From: Takakia lepidozioides
Lineage: Eukaryota; Plantae; Bryophyta
NCBI GenBank assembly: GCA_030704615.1
Contig: CM060733.1
Location: 73,222,001 to 73,286,000 of the forward strand
Length of the DNA: 64,000 nucleotides
Direction of reading: 5' to 3'
Positions within the stretch are counted from its first letter, which is position 1; each line of letters opens with the position of its first letter. Of the stretch, positions 11,711-24,990 are shown one piece after another. The position numbers and the translations under genes were made by a program. A model generated the notes under the pieces. It saw only the letters and a list, made by a program, of their open reading frames with translations, was not told the DNA's origin and made no database searches.

Positions 11711-13102
11711 GCATCTGCCTACCTTGAACACAAACGTGATGGCAGGAGCCTCTCCTCTGCCCAATTTTTAATCGTAGACGGAGATTTAACACCTCCATGG
11801 AGGAGGCGTTAAATCTCGGCCCTCTCCCCGTCATAGCTTTTAATGACAGTTAGTCGCTGGTTAGATACCTGGCTTTCTAATCGGAAGGTGCAGCTGTCGC
11901 CGTGCCGCTAACGCCAATTAGATAACCTAATTGAATTCGTAACTGGCAGGTGAGGCGGGGAGGGGGGGGGTGGATTGGGTGTGTGCAAGGATGGTGCAGG
12001 AGATGGGGGTGGTGGTGGATGCAGAGATGCCGATGGTGACATGGGATGGACTGCTCGCCGACCATACAGACTATAACAATACCTATAATCCATCGTCTCA
12101 CAGATCCTATCTATTTCATCATGGGGAAAGATGCTGGTCACATCCGGCACATCTAAAGAGGCTTTTGTTCTCCCACTTGCTATTTACTTATGGCAATAAA
12201 CTCATTAGCAATAACAGATTGAAAGAGAAAGCCTTTCGGGAAGGGGACAGGTTTAGTAGAGTGACAGTTACCTCAACAAGCTTGCAAAGGAAAGGATAAG
12301 GCTTTGACACAATAAAAACTTTTGAATGTGTTTCACAATATATTACAACAGAAGAGGTATAATGAATGACAGGACTAGTCCTTCAAAGAATAGGCTGGGA
12401 TGACCAACACTCACCAAACTTCTTACTTGATGAGACTTGGTTGACCTCTAAATAGAGCACATTGGTTAACCTGGGGACAATCTGTACCATCCTTCCCTGA
12501 TTGCTCTCATTAGACTTGGATGAGAGTGACCAGTGTTCTGAAGAATGTCCAGAAGGCAATTCTAGAGAGGGTCTTCAGTCCCACTAGAGATTCAAGTAGA
12601 ATTCATACACCCTACCATGCTTGCCAAAGAGAATCCATCAGCCTACCCCATATGAGGTTTTGCTTTAACAGCTACTCCAGTGCAATCGCCAGCTTGTTGT
12701 CAACCTCCTCAGCAACTCTCTTAGTAGCCGAAGAGATTCTTTCACACGGTGAAGCAATATCCACCATATCCAACTGTGCTGTGCAGAAACACTGAAAATA
12801 TCACGCAAGGAATGAGCACAAGATCCGTCACAAAGTTTGTTATCAATACCACATTGAAGATTGCAGTTCGATGTAGAGATAATAGTGCCACCTGTTTCTA
12901 GTACAAAATCAGCTTGTATGACCCACTGTAGCCATATGGAAGACTACGACAAGCAAAGCCGTAAAGCCGCATATCCTTTGAAGTGCAAGGTTTGTGTCAA
13001 AAAAATTTGGTCGTGTTGACCTCGTCGTGTTGACCTTCTGAATCCCGTAGCAAAATGTCATAACACTGCTACTGCTCACCAACGGCGATCCATACTTCCA
13101 AC

Positions 13103-16100
13103 TTATGATAATTTCTCATGCACTTCTTTGCAATCAGAACGAGGGGTGGTGTTAGGATCCTCTGGGATGAAGCTGATCCAAAGAACAGGAAGCAAGGCAA
13201 ACATAGCCTCAATGAAAATGCCCAGAGGTAGCTCTGTGAAGGAATTGGCAGATATATGGAGATAGGATGCAAGCCCAACCCCAAGGTATGCACTCATTGT
13301 GACAGCAAGACACTGTGCTGACATAAAGAGGGCTAAGAGGGAGCCTTCACTACCTGGAGGACAAAGCTGTGCCAGCAACACCATGAAGGGAAGAATCTTG
13401 AACTGGCCAATGGCTTCCACAAATGCTGACGCTCCAAGGACAAAGAATTCGTCTGGAATACCTAGCTGGAGGTTGACCCGGTTCACAAGCAAGATGTCTG
13501 AGAGCATACAAAGAGAGAGAAGTATTTGAACTGACCCAAACACTTTGCGGAGAGAGACCCCCTTCAGAGACCTGTTGTAGAAAATACTTCCAACCAGGAG
13601 TCCCATTTGGCCAACCACTTTGGCAAGTCCAACAACCGTTGGATCTAGTCTCAAATATTGAGTCTGGTAAAAGAACATGGAACTCCCCAATCCTGGTATT
13701 ATTGCATAGGAAGACAGAAACCACAACAGAGGCTTCAGAACTTCAGGCTTTTGAAGGAGCTCACCCAATACTACAACCTGTTTTCGCATGCCATGGGCCA
13801 GTCCTTTCCCTTCTTTCTGTTTTATCAATGCTAGGGGAGCCTGTCTAAGTTTTACATCCCCCAGCTGTTGAAACTCAGGCTTCACTCCCCCTGGCTCCAA
13901 AAGGCTCTGCGCTGCAGATCCCAAACCTCCTGAAGTGTATTCAAACCTTTTGTACTTCCTTCTTTTCTTTGTACTTGGACGAGGTAGGATTCCTTGATCT
14001 ACCTCCAAGACTTGCTTGCTCAACTTTCCAGCAGTATTCTCGACATCGTTGATAGGTTTGGGATTCCCGAGGCCAAAGGTGCATTCTCTCAAGGAAAGAC
14101 ATAAGAGAAGCTGAGCACCAACTACAATCATGAATATAAAGAACATGGTCTGAGATTCAATTCTTTTGAGAGCAAAACCCCCAGACAAATTTCCCAGAAG
14201 CCCCCCTGAGGCGAAGGCAAGCCATGCAAATGACTGCAACTCACCTGCACACGCATATCCACCACATATGTCTAAATGAGACATTGTGAATGTCTTACAA
14301 TCACAAGAGCTGCCAAAGAAAAGTTTCAAATTGCGAAAGCATGATAGAGAAAGGCATAATCACAAGCATTGAAAGATGGTAGTACTTGCATGTGACAATG
14401 AAATAACTTCGCTGTCAAAAAACCTGAGAATCCAAAGAGCCAAAGTCGGCACCCACTTGTGCTATGTCACTAACCTTTTCGGGCCCCTTTCTTAACCCTC
14501 CCAGCTTCAGCTACAAGTGCATCATTCATAACTTCAGAGATCGCAGCTCCCATGTTGCTGACTGTGAGGATAACAGTCAAGACAACTATCGAAGATGAGG
14601 CACCAGGATGCACCACTATAGCCCCCCACGCGAGCACTTGCAGGGCCGCTGTGACATTTACAGAGAAGGCACTACTGATCAATAAAGGGAGGAAGAGACC
14701 ACTGCGAGTTGTAGCACCCTCATGCATACCTCCTGGAACAAGGAGAAAGATGATGTCTAAGAATGTACAATGATCCAATGTATTGTCACACTCTAGCATA
14801 CAGCCTGCATTGCTATCTTTGAGTCACCTATATTCCAAACACCTTACACAGTGCATGCCGACACTGAAACTGCCCGAAAAGTAGATCTTTTTGCGAACAA
14901 CTCCAAGATGCTTGATGTTTCACATTCGAGAGAAGGATGGAATTGAAACCTGGTCGTCAAAGAAGAAATGTCAACCAAGCCAAATATTGGAAGTAGCACA
15001 ACCTGCAAATATGAGATAAGGGATTCGGCGGGCTCCTCCAATGTATACAGAATCTGAAATTATCCCATAAAGGGGTTTTGCAACCATGGGAAGACTTGCA
15101 GTCGACATCAGAAATTGCATTGTGCCAGGGTCAACCTGTAAGAACATTTAATTTCTGAGATATTGAAATTGCAGATCTTGGGCACTAACACACATCATAG
15201 ACACCTGAAACAACCTGAGTAGATGCCTGCCAGCACATATCACTGAAACTCTAGACAGACCACAATTCATCAGGTGTCTTAAAGAAGGCCAGATCAAGCC
15301 CTGTTTTGAACAGACGCAGCTCGCCAAGTGGCTACTTCAACTTACACATCAAATCTACACAATGCTGAGCTGGCATGATCATGACCATACCTCAAACTCA
15401 TTCATCTAGTTACATTACAACGTGTCTGCGCTACTTTTTTTCAATCTGCTAAGAGGCAAGCACTCGAATTCAATAATACAACTCACCTGGAGAGTGTCCT
15501 TGTAGAAGTAGCACATGGCAAGCCATGGGAAGCATCGAAACCCCTGTGTGCAATACCCCAGGACAATTAGAATCATAAACGATGTGCCATACGTTTTGCC
15601 AAGTCGATGAAGCCACATGAATAATGGCATTCCCTCAAACCTCCTAGCCACTTTAGTCACAAGTCGAGAGAGCTTCTTCGCAGCTCGGTCTAACTGTTTC
15701 CGTGAAAGCAAGTCAATGCACCAGGGTGTATCATCAGAAAGCCACGTCTGCTGCTCTGCAGGAAGAACAGGTGGGCCGGAAGTCACACGCACTCTTGAGT
15801 CAACTGTGGTTACTCTAAGGGAGATAGGGCGTTGGAGTACTGATCCTACGGAGGGACTGTATACCTCTTCCTCTTCCAATTCGTGGATTGCTGGGTATTT
15901 AGCATGCTGATCTCTCACTCTACGCCCAGGTCCAGCTCTTGCCTTAAGACTGAACAAATCGACAGGATTCGAAGAACTCTTGAAGTACCGTAACCTGCTT
16001 CTGAACTGAATAGAAGCCAGCCAGTAATCAAACCTGACGGAGGAGTATTGCAGTGATCGCCAAATTAGAACCAACTGTGCTAAGATTCGAGCCGTCCAGT

Positions 16101-16515
16101 AGTCTTCTAACTTCTCATCTGCCTCCCGGTACAAATTTCTGTCATATGGTGAAGAATCTTCGCCGTACAAAGCCTCAACCGCTCGAGGCTTCTTCTTCTC
16201 ACATATAGGATTATCAAAGTCAGATACTGAGAAACCCGTAGTACGAGGTGATTTGCACTTGTAAGAAAACCTTCCAGGCCAATTTGAGCACTCTTCGTCT
16301 CTAATTACCCTTAGATGCTTAGGTTTGCAGGTAAAATTGTCCGAAAGAGGTGAGCATTGGAGAAGACGAGAGCTTGTAAACCCTCGGGAACAATGTGACG
16401 GGGAAAGACGGCCCCTTGCGGCCCGCAAGTCTTCCGGGTTACCATGATTCCTGACGTCCCTAGTGATGCTCCCCTTAACACTACTCAAATTTACGTTGAG
16501 GTTCCAACAATGCAT
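13103..16515 (-). CDS. Folate-biopterin transporter (BT1 family, MFS), probably plastid-targeted; exons 16515-15487, 15135-15003, 14648-14475, 14244-13103; 825 aa
   Basis: Motifs GYCTQGFRCFPWLA, LPMVAKPLYGIISD, RRIPYL, EVMNDALVAE, GELQSFAW, MFFYQT and QLCPPGSEGSLLALFMS. The GT-AG introns join in phase (1029+133+174+1142 = 2478 nt). The start codon is the least certain part. Confidence 0.93.
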
Positions 16516-18382
16516 TGAAATCACACATGCCCTGTCCCACCTCGCCTAGTCCGTGTTTGTTTCCCTGCTTTTCTTTTACCTTCACAAAGCCTGCTTAGGG
16601 AATGAAAACCTGCAATCAGACTCCCTCTCTCTCTTGTCAAATCTTCAAACGCTAACAAAGAGACAATTTCTAATGAAAAAAGTTCGATTCTCTTTCAATA
16701 ACCTCGATTCGTAACATGCAAATAGCTCTATCTCTTTCTCCTGGCGTTGACACATAAATCTCGCATATAATCACAGTCTTCGTCGCACAAGCTTTAAATA
16801 GTGGAGGTGCACTCTTTCATGTTTTCTTTCTCTCTCAACACGCCTCCTTTTCCTCGAGGTTGTTGAATTCCCACAGCCCTGCTCTCTTCAAGTTGATATC
16901 ACGCTCAATCTCTCTATCAATCGTCTCCTTTCGCACTCCTTCCTGACACCCCAAATATTCCCTTAAAAAATGTCTGTTTCAGGACCCCTCTCCAACTAGA
17001 CTTCTCTAATCTTGCCTCTCTTCAACTCCCCTCTCTCTTCCATCATCCTCAGATCCTTTCTCACACCGCCGTGCGCTCACAAACGAGCCACTCGCTTCCT
17101 TTGCAACTCAATGATCACCGCTCACCACACATAACAATTTGAAAACGAAAAAATATATATATTCACTGCCACTCTCCTGATCCCCCTCTCAACTTGCGAT
17201 CTATCACTCACAATCGCACTGTCGAAATTTCACAAGCTGGCCTCGCTGATGCAGCCCACCTCCGAGCATGAAGAATGGCGGATCGCGAGGTCTCCCACAC
17301 CTTCTTGTGTTCGTAGCCTCTCCTGTGTTCAAAGCCCCTCAGGACCCTTATTTCATCCTGTTAACCCTCATAATAGATTTTTGTTTTTAAGGAAAAGGGA
17401 GAAGAAGCTCCGATTTTTATTTTTTTTATTTTTTAAACCCTGCAAAGCTCTTATTTACAAACTGACATGAGGTAAGTGTACAAAGTATGGAAAGTTCCCA
17501 TAGCAAGGGAAGAGTTAGCATAAAGAAATGAAAAAGAAAGCATATCAAGCTAATCAAACCAAATGATCATCCCTCCGAAATGCTCTTATATTCAGTGAGT
17601 GTTTTGTCTAAACCCTTTAGCAGTAGTTTCCCTCTCAGGAGACCGGCCTACGGAAGGGAAGAATATTTGCAATTGCGGGTGGCGAGACAAACCCTAGTAC
17701 AAGGTGGCCGATGATGAGACGTGTACGGTGGAGATAACGTGCTTTGCCACCTGTTAGGCATCGGGTTAGCGCCACGTGTAGAAACTGCAGTGCATGCCAA
17801 TTATAATATCACCCCACCCGCAAATATCTGTGACCTTCACGTTACTCGGCAAAGGTGGCCGGCGGCAAGTTGCACAATCCATATGGCATGGCATGGCATG
17901 GCATGGCTCCCAAATGCACATGGTCCGTGCTGCGCCACGCGTCGGTTACAGAATACAAAAAATCCATGCTCGTTACCTCACCCTGGCCCTGGAAGATCCC
18001 AATATCGCAGGATAGATTCTTAAAATATGCTGTGGCCTGGTGTTTCGGGCCTAGGGTATGTAGAGAATCTTACCAGCCTTAGGAGAGATTCTTAAGAGAT
18101 TCTATAGCCTAGGCCCGGCCTAGGGTCGGGTAGGGTATAGCAAAAAGGACGTGTCGTGGGACGCCATAAAAATGATAGTTTTGGGCTGGCTTGGGGCGCT
18201 GCCCGGGGTCTAGGCCATGGACCAAGCAAGGTCTGGGCCTGGGACTGGATGTCCTGCACACCCGCCCATACAAGGAACTCATTGGGAACAAATTTCGGCC
18301 ATTGCCCATCCTTTCCTATTGTCCTGGGGTTGCAGTGGCCCGGGCTTAGAAAGCTCGGGAAAGATTCGCTAGCCCTGGGTAA

Positions 18383-18709
18383 ACAACGACGCTACCGCGT
18401 GAGCGTGAGTGTGCGCTCACGCTATACTGACATGGCGTGAGCGTAGGGGACCAGCAGCTGATGTGGCGTGAGCGTCGGCGCGACGCTCACGCTGACGTGG
18501 CGTGAGCGTGAAGGTGATGTGGCATGAGCGTGCTAACATGGCAGTCAACAACATGACGTGGCAGTCAACATGCCTACGTGGCAGTCCACATGTCCACGTG
18601 GGATTCGGCCAACGTGGCGGACGCCATGTCAACATAAATATGTAGCGCCTATAGCCGAGGGACCTATAGCCATGGCATTCATTCAGGGTAAATAGGAAAC
18701 GAAAACACC
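18383..18709. repeat. Direct repeat, second copy at ~25583-25849; probable terminus of the SWIM-bearing DNA element
   Basis: ACAAC(G/A)ACGCTAC...GGAAACGAAAACACCGG occurs at both loci. It is rich in GTGAGCGT and ACATGGC subrepeats and lacks TG...CA ends. Confidence 0.8.
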
Positions 18710-18730
18710 GGGCCATTGTTATGGGATACG

Positions 18731-21360
18731 ATGGAGGAAATGTATTGAGCTACCAAGAGGCCACGTCGGTACTCTTGAGCTATGGGCACCATCGAGCTTG
18801 ATGATTTCATACAGGAGTTTGATAGTTGGTGTGATTTGCAGCAGATGCGCAATCCACAACTGTTTACGCCTTTTATGGCGTGGAAGGGGCTGTTTCAGCA
18901 CCTTGAGGGGCCGCCCATGGATGACTACCATGAGTTTAGGCGGGGACATGAGGTGGAGATTGAGGAATGGCGGGTGTATTGGTCACCTGACTATGTCTCC
19001 ATCACTAAAGGCATAAGGGCAGTGGTGACATCGGCAGCTACACCGGCAGCTTCTGCAAGCAGCAGTGGGACATCAATTGGAACAGGAGCTGGGAAGTCCA
19101 CCCAAGCTCCTGCTGCAGCACCAACACCCGTGCCTGCCTTTAACCCAGTTGTGGAGTTCTTCGAGGAGTTAAGGAGAAACTACCAAGGGATAAGGACGGA
19201 GAAATTGCGGAGTTTGCAAGAGTTCCAACAAAAGCCTGTCGAGAGTTTAAGGAAGGCTACACGCGCATGAGGCGATTGATAAATGTAACCCAAGGGGTTA
19301 CGGAAGCTCAAGCAGTCCAATTCTAGTATGGGGTATTGGACAAGGAGCTGAGGAAAAGGGTGCGGGATGCAACTCTTCTACAAGTGACCCAACCCACCTT
19401 AGCAAACGTGTTTTTGCTAGCAGAGCGGATAAAGCTCAATATGATGGAGGAGCGAGTGGTCGTGGTGGGGTTTGGTAAAGAGACACAATGAAGTGGGGCT
19501 CCTAGCCGACAACAACCACTACCCCAACGTGCTCAAGGCAACAAGGGGGCTCAGGCGAAGCCCAGGGAAGGACCGAGAGGATCTCAATTGCAGAGGTCAC
19601 TTCCTTCATTCTCAGGCCAACAACAGTCGGGTGTGACATCTTGGGATTGTGGAGGGCCCCATGTTAAGAGAGATTGTCCGGAGAGGGCAAAGGGTCGGCA
19701 CAGGCACAGCCTACACAACTACAATGTGGGCATTGTGGCAAGTATGGGCATGAAGAGGCCCATTGTTATGACTTGCATCCTGAGCTACGGCCACGCCAGT
19801 TCCAAGGAAACAATGGTGGTCGAGGACGAGGCAATGTAGTTTAGAAAGGTAGAGGAGGCAGAGGTCGTGGTGGAGATCGTAACCAAAACCAAGGAGCACA
19901 GGGTCACGGTCAAGGTCATGACCAAGGCATGGTAGATAGGCTTGCCCAGCTAGAGCAACGTCTTGCTACCATGGCCACTACTCATGTTGCGCCAGCTCCA
20001 AGGCCTGAGGTTCAAGCCCCACCTGCACAACCTCATATGCCTAGGGAAGACCAGATTGGTATGGGCTTCATGTGTGGAGCCGCACTTACAGGACCATTGC
20101 ATGTGGACTCTGCAGCTGCTGTCACTCGAGCAGCAACGCGTGCTCCTGAGCCAAGAGGTGCGGATGTGGATTTTGATCCACAAAGAGGGGAAGCAAGCCG
20201 GCAGACAAGACTTCCACAGTCTTTCACATTGGCTGAGACAGTGCCAACTATGTCATCGATGGCACCCGCTCGCCCAAGTGTGTCAGAAGTAGAGCCACGA
20301 GTGTCATTGGGGAGAGTTGGTGTGGCTCGGGAAATGCCAGTGGGTGGTGCTATAAAGCAAGGTGCAGCCAGTACATTGTTGGGGGCGGCTACGGTAATTT
20401 GCCAAGCTCCATTGTTTTCTGCCACGACAATTGCAATGTCGGGGATGCGGCCAGCTGCAGTGTTTAGACTAGCAGCTGCACTTTGTGAGAGTGGTGATGC
20501 ATCGGCACTATCTGCGGGGATAGCGGATCAGGTGCAGTGCATGGATGCCCTGGATTCAAGGGTGAAGACAGCCACAGCTGTGCCATGGCAAGCGGCAGCT
20601 GTAAGGTTGCAGGAGTTGCCAACTAGACCAGCCATTGAGCGTAGTATGGTGACTCCTGGGGTAGTCCTGGTGGACAATCAGGATGGTGTGTTTCAATTGG
20701 GTGGCCCAGTCGGGAGGAGGTATAGGCCATTGCGGGTCTTGTTGGACTCGAGAGCACAACCATTGATGTTGGGGAGAGCAACAATTGCAGGCTTGGGCCT
20801 TACAGAGGCGGATTTGGAGCCTTGCCCTTTCCAAATTCAAACATCTTTGGGCGGTTCAGAGAAGGCACGAGGGATTACACGCCATGAGCTCTTCATTCGA
20901 TTGCAACCAGATCATCCTACAAATGGCTCTATCATGAGAGCTAAAGCCATTGTTACGGACGCGATGTCCTATGATGTGCTTGTTGGTGGGGCTGTGTTAT
21001 ACTCGATGGGCTTTACTTTGGACTTTTGGGAGGAAACGGCATCCTACAGGCCGGAATGGCAATCAGGGGATGGTCGACGTGCACTGCTCCCAGTGTGGTT
21101 TATTAGGAATATAGCGGTGGATCATAAGAACATGATGCCCACATTGGCTGCATTCTCAGGGGTGGTGGTTTGGGGTGGTGAGCTCTTGAAGGGCAATAGC
21201 CATGCAGATGATAGGCCGCCACCTGATGAGGACAAACAATTGGCATACAAGGCTGATTTGCTTCCTCATGTGCCTGTTCATATTCCACTGTGGGGTACAG
21301 TTAGGAATTTGCATCAAGTAGCGGCGAGTGTGTGCACCAAGCATGGCAGGAGGCCTATCC
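18731..21360 (+). pseudogene. Ty3/gypsy gag and aspartic protease, degenerate
   Basis: Gag-like IELDDFIQEFDSWCD...EKLRSLQEFQQK. Zinc knuckles WDCGGPHVKRDC (~19640) and CGHCGKYGHEEAHC (~19725). Protease motif VLLDSRAQ (DSG-like) with YDVLVG. Confidence 0.8.
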
Positions 21361-21439
21361 ATTGGTGAGTGAGGAGAGTTCAATGACATCATCTGGACCT
21401 CCTCAAGTAGCTCCTTTGGACACAGTGCCCATTACCTGG

Positions 21440-22390
21440 CAACCACCTGACTCAAGGATTTGTTTGCTAGACATATTTGGAGGTATGAGCACTGGGCTTG
21501 CAGGAGTGTTGCAAGCAGGGATTAAAGTATGCAAGTACTTGTATGTGGAGAAGGATGAGATAGCTCGGCGTATTTCTATGCGCCAGATCGCCTTGTTCAC
21601 ACACCGGTATCCTGAGTTGTTGCCTCTCTCAGCAATTCAAGGGTATCAAAAGGCCTTGCTAGCAGACATTACCTTGCTGGGGGTGAATGATTTGGACCGG
21701 CATGGTGCCATTGACTTGATGAAGCTGGATGGCCTTGCCAAGGACACTCTCCCGCAGGTCATGGGAATGGCTTGCATGATGCACGATCGCATTTATTTTG
21801 GGAGATGTTGAGAGTGTTGCGTGACTTGCAGACGAGGCAAGTGCAACCTCTAGCCTATATCTTGGAGAATGTTCCTCTTATGGGGGACTCTCGGGCCACG
21901 GTTATGGCCAGTGTGCATCAGGTGCGGTCTTGGATTGGATCGGCAGTGCTATTTTATGCAGCAGCGGTGGGATCACGAGCGCATTGACCTCGATTGTGGT
22001 GGACCAATCTTGCACCACCAGAGCTGCTCAAGAGAGCATACGATTCCATTCAACGGCCACCCAATCTCACAGATGAGGGCATTTTGGACCAAGGGAGGCA
22101 ACCACAGAGGGTGCGACATGATGACCGTCCACCTCTAGCAGTGGTAAATCGAGTGGGGCAGCCACGTGCAGCCTTGCCTACGCTCATGAGCTTTCCCTGG
22201 GTTGATTTGGGACAGTGTGCTACAACAATTGGTGGAGCCCAATGCAGATGAGCGAGAGCGGGCAATGTGATTTGCCACGGGCACTACAGCTGTGCCAGCT
22301 CTGTCAGAGGCATCACGCCGACATGTGTTGGGTCAAGCAATGGATCTAAATTGCTTGACATGGGTCATTGGCTTGTGCATGGCTGAGCAA
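21440..22390 (+). pseudogene. C5-cytosine DNA methyltransferase (DNMT3-like) domain within the retroelement polyprotein
   Basis: Motif I LLDIFGGMSTG; II YLYVEKD; IV AGWPCQG (Cys codon 21736-21738, after a frameshift); DARSHLF; VI YILENV; VIII RAH*PRLWWTN; IX/X ERAM*F...LGQAMDL. Confidence 0.9.
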
Positions 22391-22559
22391 CGGAGGTTGC
22401 AGACAGTGGTGGCTACTTCTGCACTCCCATTTGGTATTGTATCCCCTCTGCCAACCGGGACGGTTGAGGCAGTGAGTGGGGGCGAGCACAGATCATGGGG
22501 TGCAAACACCCATGGCAGATGTGGAATGAGATGCGAAAAAAAAAAAAATCATTGGATCT

Positions 22560-24058
22560 TTCAAGCAACACTCCCATTCATATGAGCTATACTTCGCCTC
22601 GGCATCATTGTTCGAGCGGCTGGCATATGCCACTACAAACTCTCTTCCCTCATCATCCACCTGTGTGAGCACTGCTCCAATCCCCAGCATACTCCAATCC
22701 GTATGTAGCTGGAAAAGCCGCCCCCGAATAGGCCGCCTCAGAATAGGTGCAGAAGTCAATCGAGCCTTGAGTTCCTTATAGGCTTCCTCCTGCTCCTCCT
22801 CCCACTGCCACTCCTGACCCACCTTGGTCAACTTGGTAAGAGCCTTTGCAATGCTACTAAATCCCTTGACAAACCGTCGATTGTAGTTTGTCAACCCCAT
22901 GAAAGCACGAACTCTGCTAACATCTATGGGGCGTGGAATGCGTGCAATGGCCTCCACCTTCGTCTTTTGAACACCCAATCCTCCAGGGTATATCATGTGG
23001 CCCAGATACTCAATCTGGTTGTGGAAGAACTTGCACTTCCCAGGGTGCAATTTCAACCCATGCGCTCTCAAGCGCTCAAATACCACCTGAAGGTGTCTCT
23101 CATGCTCCTCAATCGTAGCACTAAAGATGATGATGTCATCAATGTAACACCAGGAAAAGTCTAGCCCTGCGAGAATCCTATCCATAACCCTCTGAAACTC
23201 TGCAGGAGCATTCTTCAACCCAAATAGTAGGAACCGCCATTGGTACAAGCAATCCTTCCCATGTTGGTCAATCCCCCAGAATACCGTCTTTTGCTTGTCA
23301 GCCTCTTTGATTGGCAACTGGTGGTAACCGGATCGCAAGTCCAATGTGCTAAATACCTTTGCATGCCCAATGGCATCAAAGATCCCTCTGGAGTTGGCAT
23401 GGCATATCTATCGGACTTAGTATGACGATTCACAGGACGATAGTCCCCACACATCCTTCTTTCTGTCCAATTGCCATAGATATCCTTCTTAGCTGGCATT
23501 ACCGTTGCCGAGGCATACTCCCCGCCTGACAACTCCACCAATCCAGCTTCGAACAGCTCCATAGTCCGTGACTGGATCAATGACCTCTCCATGTCACTAT
23601 ACCGGTAGGGCCTTCGAAAAATTGGCGTGTCACTTGCCAAATCAATACGAATCTCCTGGCCCTTCAAACTCCCCAAATCCTTCAAACCGAAGGCAAAGCA
23701 ATTTCAATAAGCCCTTAGAAATCGTTGGATCCTCCATCTCTCTCCTCCGGTGACTGTAGGTCCAACATCTGGTTCCCGGTTGTCCTCAGTGACTGCAACC
23801 TTGGGTACACCAGGCTTGGAGGTAGGAGACGCATCCTTTGGTTGCTAGATAGCAACCTCTTGGGCCTTATCCACCCACCCTGACCATGGCGTAGCCTCCA
23901 CTTGCTCTGTCATAGCCACCTTGAGAACATCTTCTGGGGAATAAACATTCTCAACCTCTTCAAAAACATTGGCCACCTTGGCCTCCAACTGATCCTCAGT
24001 GTATGGCTCTCCCCATTCCCCATATTGCGGGGTTGAGCGGATGATAACCGCCACCTAG
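22560..24058 (-). pseudogene. Ty3/gypsy reverse transcriptase and partial RNase H (no integrase)
   Basis: RRPYRYS, RMCGDYRPVN, DLRSGYHQ, FGLKNAPAEFQR, YIDD, YLGH, LHTDWS and VVAYASR. Truncated after YSSYEWEC; one frameshift. Confidence 0.93.
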
Positions 24059-24955
24059 TGATCAAACAGGATGAGGAAAATCCCTTTGACCGGTTTCTCG
24101 GATGAATTCCATCCAAATATTTGTTTATTGAACTTTAGTAGTTTTTTACTATATCTCCCTCTAGTTTATATTAGTTTAAGACTATCCTACAATATTTTAA
24201 GAGCCTCAAAAACAGTATGAAAGAAGGGGAAGGCTTCCTAGTTCATTTCTTTGCTTTGCTATTGCTTTGTTGTAGTTTAGTTTGCTAGAGGGAGCCTAGG
24301 TCCTAGGAAGTGGAGCTTGAAACTCCCTAGTTAGGAAGAGGTGTCTTTTGAAAGCTAAGGCGAGGAAGCTAGCTCTGTGTGGGCCTTGAGGCCATTTGCT
24401 TTGATAAAGAAGGAAGTTCGTGATCACTAGAGAGTAGATTGGAGAGACTTGGGACGAGTAGAGAGTTATGGGTGGACAATGTTGACATGCACCTAGAGAA
24501 AGGGCCTCACAAGAGCCACACCATCGAGCCATTAGAGCATCCCAAGCTCACATTGCTCCTAAGGTTGATAAACCACTTACCTTACTTTGCGTTGATGTTT
24601 GCTTTGCTATTCCATTTGAGTTTGCAAGACAAGTCCATGAGAGGCTGTCTCTTATATGTGAAAAACTAACCCTCTAAGGAAAGACGAGAGCTTAGTTGAG
24701 AGAGAAAGGTTCATTTGTCAAAGGAGCAAGGACTCCATTGTTGGTTGAAGTCATAAGACGTGGTACATGTGTTAAGGAGAAGGAAACTTCCTTAAAGGCT
24801 AAGAGTGAGAAGGCCTCTTAGGCCATAGATCCATAGGATCATATATATATTTCTTTATTGTTGTGGTTTGAGTTTTTAAAGTGAAAAGGTTCCCGGAAGA
24901 GAGGACCAGCAAGGTGGTTAGTATCTAGGAGGGCCAGGGTGACTATACTAACTCA
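24059..24955 (-). mobile_element. LTR (~897 bp) of a second retroelement with adjacent polypurine tract
   Basis: The minus strand reads ...TTTTTTAGGGGGGGTTAG (PPT), then TGAGTTAG...TTTGATCA (TG...CA). It interrupts the pre-RT coding frame at 24058. Confidence 0.7.
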
Positions 24956-24990
24956 CTAACCCCCCCTAAAAAACAGGGAGATCTTAGAGT

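Noticed and set aside
11900-12800. Gene or LINE/LTR remnant downstream of the BT1 gene
   Set aside because: No recognisable motif or terminal structure could be supported.
17630-18380. GC-rich segment with short palindromes as a defined element or promoter
   Set aside because: No ends, TSD or coding motif were identifiable.
21440-22390. Host DRM/CMT/DNMT3 gene or bacterial R-M contamination
   Set aside because: It is intronless, continuous with gag-protease, has unpermuted motif order (unlike DRM), and has no restriction enzyme partner.
24059-24955. LTR belonging to the adjacent minus-strand RT
   Set aside because: It has a PPT on its upstream side (a 3' LTR) and cuts the pre-RT coding frame, so it is a separate insertion.
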